Source: Ginglymostoma cirratum
Taxonomy: Eukaryota
DNA length: 64,000 nt
Reading direction: 5' to 3'
Assembly: GCA_024137785.1 (NCBI GenBank)
Contig: JAHRHZ010000223.1
Span: forward strand, 12,836,284-12,900,283
In this document: piece after piece, positions 25,298 through 36,634 of the stretch
How positions within the stretch are numbered: the first letter of the stretch is position 1
Layout: the number at the start of each line of letters is the position of its first letter
Notes under the pieces: model-generated
The model's database searches: none
Told to the model about the DNA's origin: nothing
What the model saw: the letters and a program-made list of their open reading frames with translations, nothing else
Position numbers and translations under genes: made by a program

Positions 25298-27588
25298 GAG
25301 CCTGCCCAGCCATGTAATAAGATCATGTGTGATCATTTTGAGACTCAGCTCCACTTACCCGCTCACTCACCATAACCCTTAATTCCTTTACTGTTCAAAA
25401 ATTTATCTAGCCTTGCCTTAAAAACATTCAGTGAGGTAGCTTCAACCGCTTCACTGGGCAGGGAATTCCACAGATTCACAACCCTTTGGGTGAAGAAGTT
25501 CCTCCTGACCTCAGTCCTACATCTGCTTCCCTTTATTTTGAGGCGATGCCCTCTAGTCCTAGTTTCACCTGCTAGCGGAAACAACCTCCCTGCCTCCACT
25601 TAATCTATTCCCTTCATAATCTTGTATGTTTCTATATGATCTCCCCTCATTCTTCTGAATTCCAATGAGTATAATCCCAGTCTACTCACTCTATCCTCAT
25701 AATCCAACCCTCTGAACTCCGGAATCAACCAAGTGAATCTCCTCTGCACCCCCTCCAGTGTTAATATATCTCTTCTCAAGTAAGGAGACCAAAACTGCAC
25801 ACAGTACTCCAGGTGTGGCCTCTCCAGGACCCTATACAGCTGCAGCATAGCCCCCCAACCCCGTTTTTAAACTCCATCCCTTGAGCAATGGCAGACAAAA
25901 TTCCATTTGCCTTTCTAATCACCTGCTGCACGTGCAATCCCACCTTCAGCGATTCATGCACAAGGACACCTAGGTCCCTCTGCACGTCAGCGTGCTGCAA
26001 TTTTTTACCTTTTAAAACATAGTCCATTTTCTGTTACTCCTACCAAAATGGATGACCTCACACTTATCAACATTGTACTCCATCTGCCAGACCTTTGCCG
26101 ATTCACTTAGACTATCTATATCCCTCTGCAGACTTTCAGTATCTTCTGCACACTTTGCTCTACCACTCAACTTAGTGTCATCTGCAAATGTTGACACACC
26201 ACACTTAGTGCCCAACTCAAGTCATCTAGGTAATTTGTAAACAATTGAGGTCCCAACACTGATCCCTGAGGCACACCACTAGCCACTGACCGCCAACCAA
26301 AAAAATGCCCATTTACCCCTACTCTTTGCTTTCTTCTGGTCAACCAATCCTCTATCCCTGCCAATACATTGCCTGTAATACCATGCAACTTCATCTTATG
26401 TAGCAGCCTTTGGTGTGGCACCTTGTCAAATGCCTTCTGGAAATCCAGATACACCAAATCCACAGGTTCCCCATTGTCCACCATGCAAGTAATGTCCTCA
26501 AAGAATTCCACCAAATTAGTTAAACATGGCCTACCCTTCATGAACCCATGCTGGGTGTTGCCAATGGGACAATTTATATCCAGATGTCTTGCTATTTCTT
26601 CCTTAATGATAGATTCAAGCATTTTCCTCACTACCGAAGTTAAGCTAACTGGCCTATAGTTACCTGCTTTTTGTCTACTTCCTTTTTTAAACAGTGGCGT
26701 CACATTGGCTGTTTTCCAATCTGCAGGAACCACCCCAGAGTCCAGTGAATTTTGGTAAATAATTACTAGCGCATTTGCTATTTCCCCCATCACCTCTTTT
26801 AGTACCCTGGGATGCATTTCATCAGGGCCAGGAGACTTGTCTACCTTTAGCCCCATTAGCTTGCCCAGCACTGCCTCCATAGTTTCTAGGTCCTCACACG
26901 CTATAACCTTCTTGCCATTAGTTTTCGGCATGTTATTTGTGTCTTCCACAGTGAAGACCGACACGAAATAACTGTTTAATGTCTCAGCTATTTCCTCATT
27001 CTCAGTTATTAAGTTGGCCTTCTCATCCTCTCATCCTATGATTTACATATTTATAGAAACTTTTGCTGCCTGTTTTTATATTCTGAGCTAGTTTACTCTC
27101 ATAATCTATCTTACTTTTCTTTATAACTTTTTTTTGTGGTTTTCTGCTGGCCTTTAAAGATTTCCCAGTCTACTAGTTTTCCACCACTCTTTGCTTTTTT
27201 GTACTTTTTTTTTCAATCTGATACTTTCCTTTATTTCCTTAGGCATCCATGGCTGGCTCTCTCTTTTCCTACAGTTCTTCCTTATCACTGGAATATACTT
27301 CTGCTGAGCAATGTGAAAAATTGTTTTGAAAGTCCTCCACTGTTCCTCAATTGACCCACCATAATGTTTTTGCTCCCATTCTACCTTAGCTAACTCCTTC
27401 CTCATTCCTTCATAGGTACTGGATTTAACCTTCTCACGCTCCATCTGTATTTTAAATTCGACCATACTGTGATCACTCCTTCCGAGAGGATCCCTAACTG
27501 TGAGATCATTAATTATTCCTGTCTCATTACACAGGACTAGATCTAGGATAGCTTGCTCCCTCGTAGGTTCCATTACATATTGTTCAAG
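25298..27588 (-). mobile_element. 2.3-kb 5'-truncated CR1 LINE (endonuclease C-terminus, RT, 3' UTR), frameshifted
   Basis: PTREQAILDLVL…LGRSDHSMV; KSPGPD..HPRVLKE…NYRPVSLTS…QHGF…YLDFQKAFDKVPH…GVPQGSVLGP; FADDTKL; HLEYCVQFWSP; RTRGH…FFTQRVVNLWNSLP. Confidence 0.95.
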
Positions 27589-27720
27589 ACGTGCAGGCTA
27601 GGTGGATTAACCATGGGAAATGTGGGGTTACAGCGATAGGGGAGTGGGATGCTCTTTGGAAGGTAAGTGTAGATTCACTGGGCTAAACGCCTGCTTCCAC
27701 GCTGCAGGGATTCTGTGACT
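27589..27720 (+). mobile_element. 5'-truncated HE1 SINE (3' half)
   Basis: gtgcaggctaggtggattaaccatggg…gatgctctttggaagg…cctgcttccacgctgcagggattctgtga. Confidence 0.8.
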
Positions 27721-28597
27721 TTTATCGTCCAAAATGAATGGTCTCACAATTACCTATATTGAAATCCATTTGCTACAGACTTCCCTATTCACTTAATCTA
27801 TTTTTTATAAATAGATACACTTCCATCTACACCACCTACCATGTTGCCTTTTGCTTCTTTGCTTTAGTTGTAATTGGATCAATGCCCGTAATCCACCAAC
27901 ATTTATATGTGTAGTGTTGGCTAAACTAGGCGTTTAGGTGAGATGAGAGTTCTGATGATCATGACTTTGAAATGAAAATAATCTAAAGGATCAGCCTTGA
28001 AGATTTCAAGTGATGAGACTACGATTATTTCCTTTGGCAGCTTGCTCCATTCCGGGTTGTCCTTGGGAAGAAAGAATGTACACACACCGTCTCTGTAGTT
28101 TGTGTGGATGGCTACTTTGTGTTTTTTGTTATTGCCAGAGGACAGCAGGTACTTGTTTCTGCCAATTCCTGTCAGTCCATTTCATATTTTGTGCAACATG
28201 TTCCGTCTATATTTTTCCATCTTTTGCTGTGGAGATCCTCGTTCCAAATCAATGATCAAGGACAGGACACTGATGCATGCAGTGCATTTTGGATTGCTTC
28301 AATCTAATTTATAAAATATCTCTCACCATATAAGATTTCCACATTCAGCCTGGGATGACCAAATGTTTGTCAGCTATAACTATATTGTTGCTGCATTGCC
28401 AAAGATTTCTCTTCAGAATCCAAGAGCCTTGCTTGTTTTGGACATTATCTGCTAACCTTGGGAACCCCATGGAAGATAGTTTCTAAGCTGAACAAGGTCG
28501 AACATCGTCGAACATGGAACTTTAAACTGCCTCTTTGTGATGCATGGGACATAGCATTTATTGGCACTGAATCTTGGAGTCATCAAATACTTTTTTT

Positions 28598-28710
28598 TTA
28601 ATTCACTCATGGGATGTAGGCATTGCTGTTGGGCCAGCATTTATTGGCAAACCTTAGTTGTCCTTGAGGTGGTGGTGGTAAGCTGCCTTCTTGAATCCCT
28701 GCAGCCCATA
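28598..28710 (-). mobile_element. LINE/SINE 3' tail fragment
   Basis: 'attcactcatgggatgtaggcattgctgttgggccagcatttattg…gagg tggtggtggtaagctgccttcttgaa', homologous to 8078-8200. Confidence 0.7.
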
Positions 28711-28714
28711 ATTT

Positions 28715-28830
28715 GAAAGTATAAAAAGCCACAATTCAAAGTGTTAATAAAAGCAGCAAATGGCTGCGGTTCCAGCACAGATTCTTGCAGGACACCACTA
28801 GCCACATCCTCTCGATTACAGTACATGATC
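28715..28830 (-). mobile_element. Decayed CR1 RT fragment
   Basis: Minus ORF 'DVASGVLQESVLEPQPF..FIN' resembles VTSGVPQGSVLGPQLF.IFIN. Confidence 0.6.
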
Positions 28831-29019
28831 ATCATTCCTAGTTCCTGTACAGTAACTTGCATTCAATTCGTTGAGCTTCAACTTGAGCTAACAAACTCGA
28901 GCAATATCACCAAATTCTGGAAGTCCATATAAATTAATATTCATAGAGGTTCAGTTTAAAGTCCGATATTACAGAGAATTAACAAAATGTTTACCTGGTT
29001 GAGTCAAACATGGGTAGCC

Positions 29020-29228
29020 TAAAGCACTTCACCTGTTTTTAAAGCATTGTCATACTGCTACGTCAAATTTGTGCACAGCAAGATGCTACAAATGATGAAA
29101 TTAAATTAACAATCTATTCTTCAGTTGGTGCCTTACGCAACAGAGGGGAGAGCATCACTCACTCAGTACTACACTGAAGTGTCAGCCTAGATCACATGCT
29201 TAAGTCTTGAAATTGCATTTGAATCATT
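29020..29228 (-). mobile_element. DeuSINE-type SINE fragment
   Basis: 'actcagtactacactgaagtgtcagcctaga' and 'aatttgtgcacagcaaga' match the reverse of the Deu head and tail motifs. Confidence 0.55.
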
Positions 29229-30548
29229 AGACCTAATTCACCTTGATTTGGGTATTACAGGTTCATAACTCTTGAACCATATTACAGGTATCCTTCAATG
29301 AATGCACTTATAAAATATGTCTTTACTCATTTATGTGATTTAGAAAGGTACAGAAACATTAATTTTAAAACAATAGGTTAGCTCCTTTCAGACCTTGTTC
29401 AAAATATCAAAATTAAGCTAAGCTACAGGTTTAATTCTCCTAATTTCGAATGAATGAATATTCACAGTACTTTATACAGAAACATTCATAACCAATAAAG
29501 ACCATTTCGTCCTTCTAGTAAATCCCAGAAATCAATAGAAGAATCCACATCTTCACTTCCGAGAAGATCATTGACCTCAAATACCTTCATGTGCAGTACT
29601 CAAAATGTGACCACTTGGTGGACATTATTCTGGGAAAAGTACTTCCAAAGTTTTGTTCATTGTCCCTGAAGCATTATACCTTAAAGTCCAATGATGCATC
29701 AGTTTGTTGAAGTACAGAACGAGGTAGAAATTTCCACGATTTTAAGTTCTCACGTTTTTCAAAAAAGAACTAAGAAGCATGATTTGATTCTTCACTGCAA
29801 GATTCTAAATTTAAAGTATCAGAAACTCCTGGCAAATGTGGTAATTCTCCTGAAATCTTCACAATGCAGTTCTCACCACTGAGTCTGGGTAGTTACTCAA
29901 CATTTCCAGTGTCAAAACTTCAACTGCACACTGAGTGCTCTCAAGTTTTCCAACACAACTTATAAACTTAAATATATGCTTTAACTAATTGATAAACTTC
30001 AGTGACAATGCTGAGAGTTGCCTTGCAGGTGAAGTAGCTTTTTGGAATAGTGAACAAAGTTGGGAGATAAACAATAAATAACTGGCTAGCTCTGAATTTA
30101 AAATTAATTTTCAATCTGCACATAACACACTAAACTAAGACACACTCATGACTGGAATGTATAAACATGTATGGTCGCAAACGTATTTTTCTCATTACCT
30201 ATTAATTACACCAAATAAGAAACAAAGATTGAAATAATGAATACTTATCTTGCAGTGTACAATTCCCATCAAGTCAATTGGGCGCAAAAGCCATTTTAGT
30301 CTTTTTTGCAAAAAAAAACTAGCAGTTTATATTTTCAACAGTTATTGGAATTTGGAATATATCATGGTGTTTATTGAGGCACAGCATCAATTCAACCTCC
30401 TGCTTAGTTCATACAAGTTCACAAACAATTTAGCACCAAAGGATATAAGATAGTTCATCCTGCCTGTAGTGGGGTCTGGATTCACTGCAAACTACCGACT
30501 GGAGGTCAATTCGTTTTGCTTTCCATCTAAATATTTTACTTTATATAA

Positions 30549-30592
30549 TGTGTGTGTGTGTATATATGTGTATATATATAAAATGTGTATAT
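30549..30592. repeat. (TG)n(TA)n microsatellite
   Basis: tgtgtgtgtgtgtatatatgtgtatatatata. Confidence 0.85.
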
Positions 30593-30664
30593 AATTTGGG
30601 TTAACAAGGTGTGGGGCTGGATGTACACAACAGGCCAAGCAGCATCATAGGAGCAGGAAAGCTT

Positions 30665-30692
30665 GACGTTTCGGGCCTAGACCCTTCATCAG
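30665..30692 (-). ncRNA. Minimal hammerhead-ribozyme-like core in the PLE 3' repeat
   Basis: CUGAUGA-A-GGGUC-UA-GGCCC-GAAAC-GUC. All conserved core boxes are present and helix III is the palindrome ACGU, but helix I is poor. Confidence 0.55.
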
Positions 30693-30890
30693 GAATGGGG
30701 GAGGGGAAGAGGGTTCTGAAATAAATAGGGAGAGAGGGGGAGGCGGATAGAGGAGAGGATAGGTGGAGAGGAGGCAGACAAGTCGAAGAGGCGGGGATGG
30801 AGCCAGTAAAGGTGAGTACAGGTGGGGGGGTAGGGAGGAGATAGGTCAGTCCAGGGAGGATGGACAGGTCAAGGGGGTGGGATGAGGTTA

Positions 30891-30990
30891 NNNNNNNNNN
30901 NNNNNNNNNNNNNNNNNNNNNNNNNNNNNNNNNNNNNNNNNNNNNNNNNNNNNNNNNNNNNNNNNNNNNNNNNNNNNNNNNNNNNNNNNN
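30891..30990. other. Assembly gap (100 N)
   Basis: Run of N inside the purine-rich PLE 3' UTR. Confidence 1.
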
Positions 30991-33143
30991 GTTGGGGGAG
31001 GGGAGATTTTGAAGCTTGTGAAATCCACATTGATACCTTTGCGCTGCAGGGTTCCCAGGCTGGATATGATTTGCTGTTCCTGCAGCCTTCGGGTGGCATC
31101 ACTGTGGCATTGCAGGAGGCCCAGGATGGACATGTCGTCTGAGGAATGGAAGGGGGAGTTGAAATGGTTCGCAACGGGGAGGTGCAGTTGTTTGTTGCGA
31201 ACTGAGCGCAGGTGTTCTGCAAAGCGGTCCCCAAGCCTCCGCTTGGTTTCCCCGATGTAGAGGAAGCCACAACGGGTACAGCGGATGCAGTATACCACAT
31301 TGGCAGATGTGCAGGTGAACATCTGCCTGATGTGGAAAGTCTTCTTGGGGCCTGGGATTGGGGTGAGGGAGGAGGTGTGGTGGCAGGTGTAGCACTGCCT
31401 GCGGTTGCAGGGAAAAGTGCCGGGTGTGGTGGGGCTGGAAGGGAGTGTGGAGCGGACAAGGGAGTCGCGGAGGGAGTGGTCCCTCTGGAAAGCAGATAAG
31501 GGTGGGGAGGGAAAAATGTCTTTGGTGGTGGGGTCAGATTGCAGATGGCGGAAGTGTCGGAGGATGATGCGTTGGATCCAGAGTTTGGTGGGGTGGTACG
31601 TGAGGACGAGGGGGATTTTTTTTGGTTATTATTGCGGGGACGGGGTGTGAGGGATGAGTTACGGGTAATGTGGGAGACACTGTCGAGGGCGTTCTTGACC
31701 ACTGTGGGGGGGGAAGTTGCGGTCCTTGAAGAATGAGGACATCTGAGATGTACGGGAGTGGAATGTCTCATCCTGGGAGCAGATGCGGCGGAGGCGAAGG
31801 AATTGGGAATAGGGGATGGCATTTTTGCAGGAAGGTGGGTGGGAGGAGGTGTATTCCAGGTAGCTGTGGAAGTCAGTGGGCTTGAAATGGACTTCGGTTT
31901 CTAGGTGGTTACCCGAGATGGAGACAGAGAGGTCCAGGAAGGAGAGAGAAGTGTTGGAGATGGTCCAGGTGAACTTCAGGTTGGGCTGGAAGGTGTTGGT
32001 GAAGTGGATGAACTGTTTGAGCTCCTCGTCGGAGCACGAGGCGGCGCCGATACAGTAATGGAGGAAGAGGTGGGGTTTAGGGCCAGTGTAGGTACGGAAG
32101 AGGGATTTTCTACGTAGCCTACAAAGAAAATTTGGGTCATGTTGAGATCAAAAGGGAGGTGGTATTGGGGGTCTTGAAAAACATTATGGTAGACAAGTCC
32201 CCCAGATTACTAAGAGAGGCAAGGGAGGACATTGCTGGGGCCTTGAGACAAATCTTTGTGTCCTCACTGGGGAGGTCCCAGAGGATTGGAGAATAGCCAA
32301 TGTTGTTTCTTTGTTTATGACGGGTGGCAGGGATAATCCAGCTAATTACAGGTCGGTGAGCCTTACTTCAGTGGTAGGGAAATTATTGGAGAGGATTCAC
32401 TTCTCCTTGGAAATAAGTGGGCGTATTAGCAAGAGGCAACATGGTTTTGTGAAGGGGAGGTCGTGTCTCGCTAACTTGATTGAGCTTTTTGAGGAAGTGA
32501 CGAAGATGATCAATGAGGGTAGGGCAGTTGTCTACATAGACTTCAGTAAGGCCTTTGACAAGGTTCCTCATGGCAGACTGATACACAAGGTAAAGTCACA
32601 CAGGGTCAGAGGTGAGTTTGCAAGATGGATAAAAACTGACTTGGTCATGGAAGACAGAGGGTAGCAGTGGAAGGGTGCGTTTCTGAATGGAGGGCTATGA
32701 CTAGCAGCGTTCCTCAGGGATCAGTGCTGGGACCTTTGCTATTTGTATATGTAGATATATCTAAATGATTTGGAGGAAAATGTAACTGGTTTGATTAATA
32801 AGTTTGTGGATGACACAAAGATTGACGGAATTGCGGACTGCGATGAGGACCGTCAGAGGATATAGATTGGTTGGTGACTTGGGCAAAGAGATGGCAAATG
32901 GAGTTTAATCCAGAAAACTGTGAGGTAATACATTTTGGAAGGTCTAATCCGGATGGAAAATATACAGTAAATGGCAGAACCCTTAAGTGTACTGATAGGC
33001 AGAGGAATCTGGGCGTACAGGTACAAAGGTCACTGAAAGTGGCAACACAGGTAGAAAAGGTAGTCAACAAGGCATACGGCATAACAAGGTGTAGAGCTGG
33101 ATGAACACAGCAGGCCAAGCAGCATCAGAGGAGTGGGAAAGCT

Positions 33144-33171
33144 GACGTTTCGGGCCTAGACCCTTCTTCAG
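33144..33171 (-). ncRNA. Minimal hammerhead-ribozyme-like core
   Basis: U-CUGAAGA-A-GGGUC-UA-GGCCC-GAAAC-GUC-A. Confidence 0.55.
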
Positions 33172-33172
33172 A

Positions 33173-33572
33173 NNNNNNNNNNNNNNNNNNNNNNNNNNNN
33201 NNNNNNNNNNNNNNNNNNNNNNNNNNNNNNNNNNNNNNNNNNNNNNNNNNNNNNNNNNNNNNNNNNNNNNNNNNNNNNNNNNNNNNNNNNNNNNNNNNNN
33301 NNNNNNNNNNNNNNNNNNNNNNNNNNNNNNNNNNNNNNNNNNNNNNNNNNNNNNNNNNNNNNNNNNNNNNNNNNNNNNNNNNNNNNNNNNNNNNNNNNNN
33401 NNNNNNNNNNNNNNNNNNNNNNNNNNNNNNNNNNNNNNNNNNNNNNNNNNNNNNNNNNNNNNNNNNNNNNNNNNNNNNNNNNNNNNNNNNNNNNNNNNNN
33501 NNNNNNNNNNNNNNNNNNNNNNNNNNNNNNNNNNNNNNNNNNNNNNNNNNNNNNNNNNNNNNNNNNNNNNNN
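33173..33572. other. Assembly gap (400 N)
   Basis: Run of N within the fold-back element. Confidence 1.
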
Positions 33573-33586
33573 GGAGCAGGAAAGTT

Positions 33587-33614
33587 GACGTTTCAGGCCT
33601 AGACCCTTCTTCAG
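33587..33614 (-). ncRNA. Minimal hammerhead-ribozyme-like core (second tandem copy)
   Basis: UU-CUGAAGA-A-GGGUC-UA-GGCCU-GAAAC-GUC-AA. Confidence 0.5.
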
Positions 33615-34119
33615 AAAAAAGTCTAGGCCCAAAACGTCAGCTTTCCCGCTCCTCTGGTGCTGCTTGGCCTGCTGTGTTCATCCAGCTCTACAGCTTGTTA
33701 TCTCAGATTCTCCAGCATCTGCAGTTCCTCCTATCTCTAAAGCATACTGCATGCTTGCCTTCATTAGCTGGGGCAGTGAGTTTAAAAATTGGCAGGTAAT
33801 GTTGCAGTTGTATAGCACCTTGGTTCAGCCGCATTTGGAATATTGTGTTCAATTCTGGTCGCCACACTGCCAAAAGGATGTGGCTGCTTTGGAGAGAGTA
33901 CGGAAAAGATTTACCAGAACGTTGCCTGGTATGGAGGGCATTAGCTATGAGAAGAGGCTGGAGAAACTTGGTTGTTTTCACAGGAACAACAGAGGTTGAG
34001 GAGCGACCTGATAGAGGTCAACAAGATTATGAAGGGCATGGACAGGGTAGACAGTCAGAAGCATTTCCACAGGGTACAAGGATAAAGAAGTATTATTACA
34101 TTTGGAAAAATATACATCC

Positions 34120-34562
34120 ATCGCAGAGTGTGGAAAGTGTTCACTATGTTTACAGGGTTGTCTTCTGAAGAGAGGCTGAATAAATACTGAATTCTCTGGA
34201 GACTAAAGGACCGAGAAGCAATCTCCCTGAAACAGAAGATTCTGAAGGGGCTTGATAGGATGGACACAGAGGCTGTTTCCCCTGGCTCCAGACTCTAGAT
34301 CATGGGAGTGCAGTCTCAGGATAAGGGGCTGATCATTTAGGTCTCAAATAAAGGGAAATTATTCACACACAGGGTTGAGAATCTTTGCAATTCTCTACTC
34401 CAAAGGGTTAGTGATGCTCCATCACTGAATATACTTAGGGCTAGGATAGGCAGGTTTTTGGTCTTTGAAACAATTGAGGGATATGGGGAGTGGGCAGGAA
34501 AATGAATTTAAAGATTAAGTCAGCCTTTATTAAGGCTTAGAGAACTGTATGGTTTATGTTTC
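34120..34562 (+). mobile_element. Older CR1 3' end
   Basis: 'gggttgtcttctgaagagaggctgaataaa…gtctcaggataagggg…attcacacacagggttgagaatctttgcaattctcta'. Confidence 0.75.
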
Positions 34563-34934
34563 TACTTTTTGATCACCCTCAGAAGTCTCCAAGGCACTTA
34601 CAATAAGTTTCACAAAGGTGCTTTACCCAAACAGAGTTGGGGCTGCAGCTACTTTTTTCTTTCAGCATTGGCCACAGGCTTTGTGGTTCATGTTGTACAC
34701 TGCTCATACTAAGTCAGTTTCACTTTGTGCACTGGCCTTCTCCAAACTGGCAAGCTGCACACACAGCTAAGTATCATTGACAAAGCTATTCCATATTTAA
34801 AAAGCTTCCTCCTTGCCTTTCAATTTATCACACTGGCTTTCTGCCAAACGCTCAGGCCAGTCCTAGCACTGGCAATGGTAACCCCCAGGGCAATGAACGG
34901 AATTGAGCCAGTCATATAAATACAAAAACAGGTC

Positions 34935-35360
34935 AGAGACTAGGAATTCTGCAGCAAGTAACTCAATTCTTTACTCCCAAAAGTCTGTCCACCATCTGCA
35001 AGGCAGAAGTCAGAAGTATGATGAAATACTCACCACTTGCCTGGACGGGTGTGAACATTTGTACCTCCAACAATGATGCACAGTGGCAGCTGTATGTATC
35101 ACCTAGAAGATGCACTGCAGCTACTCACCTGTAAGTTCCTCTCCACGCCACACACCATCCTGACTTGGGGCTCTATCACATTTCCTCCACTGTTCCTGAG
35201 TCAAAATCCAGAAACTCCCATCCCAACACACTGTGAGATTACCTAACTCATCTCCCAAGGACTGCAGTGGCTCAAGAAGACAGCTCACCACTACCTTCTC
35301 AAGGGCAATAAGGGATGAGCAAAGCCTAGCCAGCAAAACCCACATCCAGAGAGTAGCTTT
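34935..35360 (+). mobile_element. Decayed LINE 3' portion (family with the 'ttctcaagggcaa' tail)
   Basis: 'tccaccatctgcaaggcagaagtcagaagtatgatgaaatactcaccacttgcctgg' (approx. YKAQVRSVMEYSPLAW), plus the shared tail. Confidence 0.75.
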
Positions 35361-36634
35361 TTAAGAAAATGCCACAGGCTGACTGGATTCTGACCTGACA
35401 CCTTTTTCTGTGACTTTCTCACCACTAGCCACAACAGTGTCAGAAAATTCTGCTCTTTTACATGCGAAATATAATGGAGAATTGCATATTAAGAAGTCAG
35501 CCAGTTCTCAAGTTTATAGCTTGAAAACGGACAACACAAGCCTGTGAAATTTGGGCACATGTCAATTCAAGGTCATTTCATACAGCTGGTTCGTGTTTTA
35601 ACCAAATGAACAAGGGTGAAAAGAAAGCCATCACATATCCTAATGAACACACTAAAGTTTCTCAATCACAGTTATTGCTTGCCAATGACTGTAGCATTCA
35701 GTTAACAATTCTGTTACTTACAAAAAGCTAATTGAGATGAAAATGTGACTGCTTCTGTGTACTACTGTGACACTTTTTTTTGGAGCTCATGGATTAAGAT
35801 TAAACTGTCCTATCACAGAATATAACGGGGGAAGCTCAGGTAGTAGTTAAGTGAATTAAATGGCTAAGAAGCCAGGCAAAACCTACAAACTTGATTACAG
35901 CGAGGTAACAAGCAAAGCACAGAGCAAAGCAGGGAAATACCGGTACACAATTGCTCCACAAACATCTGGAGGTGAAGGAATAAAGGGAAGTAAGCAATTT
36001 TTTTAGATCTCCATCAAGCTAAGCAAAATGAGCACATATTCGACATCTCTGCCAGTTTGGATTAGTTTGGACTATTCATAGGGGTCCCACGTCAATTACA
36101 GATACCCATTGTGAGATCTCACCACAGCAACCTGAGCTAACTGCCCTCCAATTTACCCCACCCCTTTGTCTGGGGTGGGGGTGTGTGGGGGAAGGTTACG
36201 TATGAAACTGTCATTTCAACTTTACACAAAATACCTCACCACAATGCATTAAGAATGCAGGTTATGCTAGATTTATTCACTGTGAATTCTGTAAACACTC
36301 TTGTCAGTTTACACAATGTATCTTTTTCCAGACATCTGGAAAAGTGATTCTCCACTGCATATTTCCACTGATGGATATTAAATTTAAAGTTAAGTTTAAA
36401 AAGAAAAGTATTTTACTTCCCTTCTTTAAAACAATTCATCATTAATTGCTGCTGCAGGACAACATACACAAATCAAATGAAAAACACATTGTTTATTGGA
36501 CGACCCACTTGGGATATTCCTTGCCATCAAGTTAGTTTGGTTTTATTTGCAAATATTTGTTCAAAGTCATGGGATAGAGTAATAGGCTTTTTAGACAAAG
36601 TACAGTTTGGCTGCCAAAATAAGAGGTGACAGAG

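Larger units (their letters stand above)
30602..32126 (-). mobile_element. 5'-truncated Penelope-like retroelement (Neptune-type): RT C-terminus, GIY-YIG endonuclease, pyrimidine-rich 3' UTR and terminal repeat
   Basis: Minus translation FVGYVE…PHLFLHY-CIGA…FTNTFQPNLKFT…FLDLSV…KPTDFHSYLEYTSSHP…IPYSQFLRLRRIC, and FTCTSANVVYCIRCTRCGFLYIGETKRRLGDRFAEH…PVANHFN…EQQII..LGTL..KGIN. Confidence 0.95.
33083..33738. mobile_element. Tandem-plus-inverted PLE terminal-repeat mini-element inserted in CR1
   Basis: Minus copy 33083-33172, gap, second minus copy 33573-33615, plus copy 33620-33738. TSD aaggcatacggcat (33069-33082) / aaagcatactgcat (33739-33752). Confidence 0.85.
32128..34080 (+). mobile_element. 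5'-truncated CR1 LINE interrupted by an insertion at about 33083-33738
   Basis: NPANYRSVSLTSVVGKLLE…QHGFVKGRSC…YIDFSKAFDKVPH; WAKRWQMEFNP..CEVIHFG; resumes after the insertion with MLAFIS…PHLEYCVQFWSP. Confidence 0.93.

Noticed and set aside
26167-26964. 265-aa ORF as a host gene
   Set aside because: It is CR1 ORF2 reverse transcriptase within a frameshifted, 5'-truncated LINE.
30869-31822. 317-aa Pro/Ser/Thr-rich ORF
   Set aside because: An alternative frame of the C-rich PLE coding strand that also runs through an N gap. The real frames encode RT and GIY-YIG.
33168-33632. 154-aa ORF
   Set aside because: Artefact of the 400-N gap.
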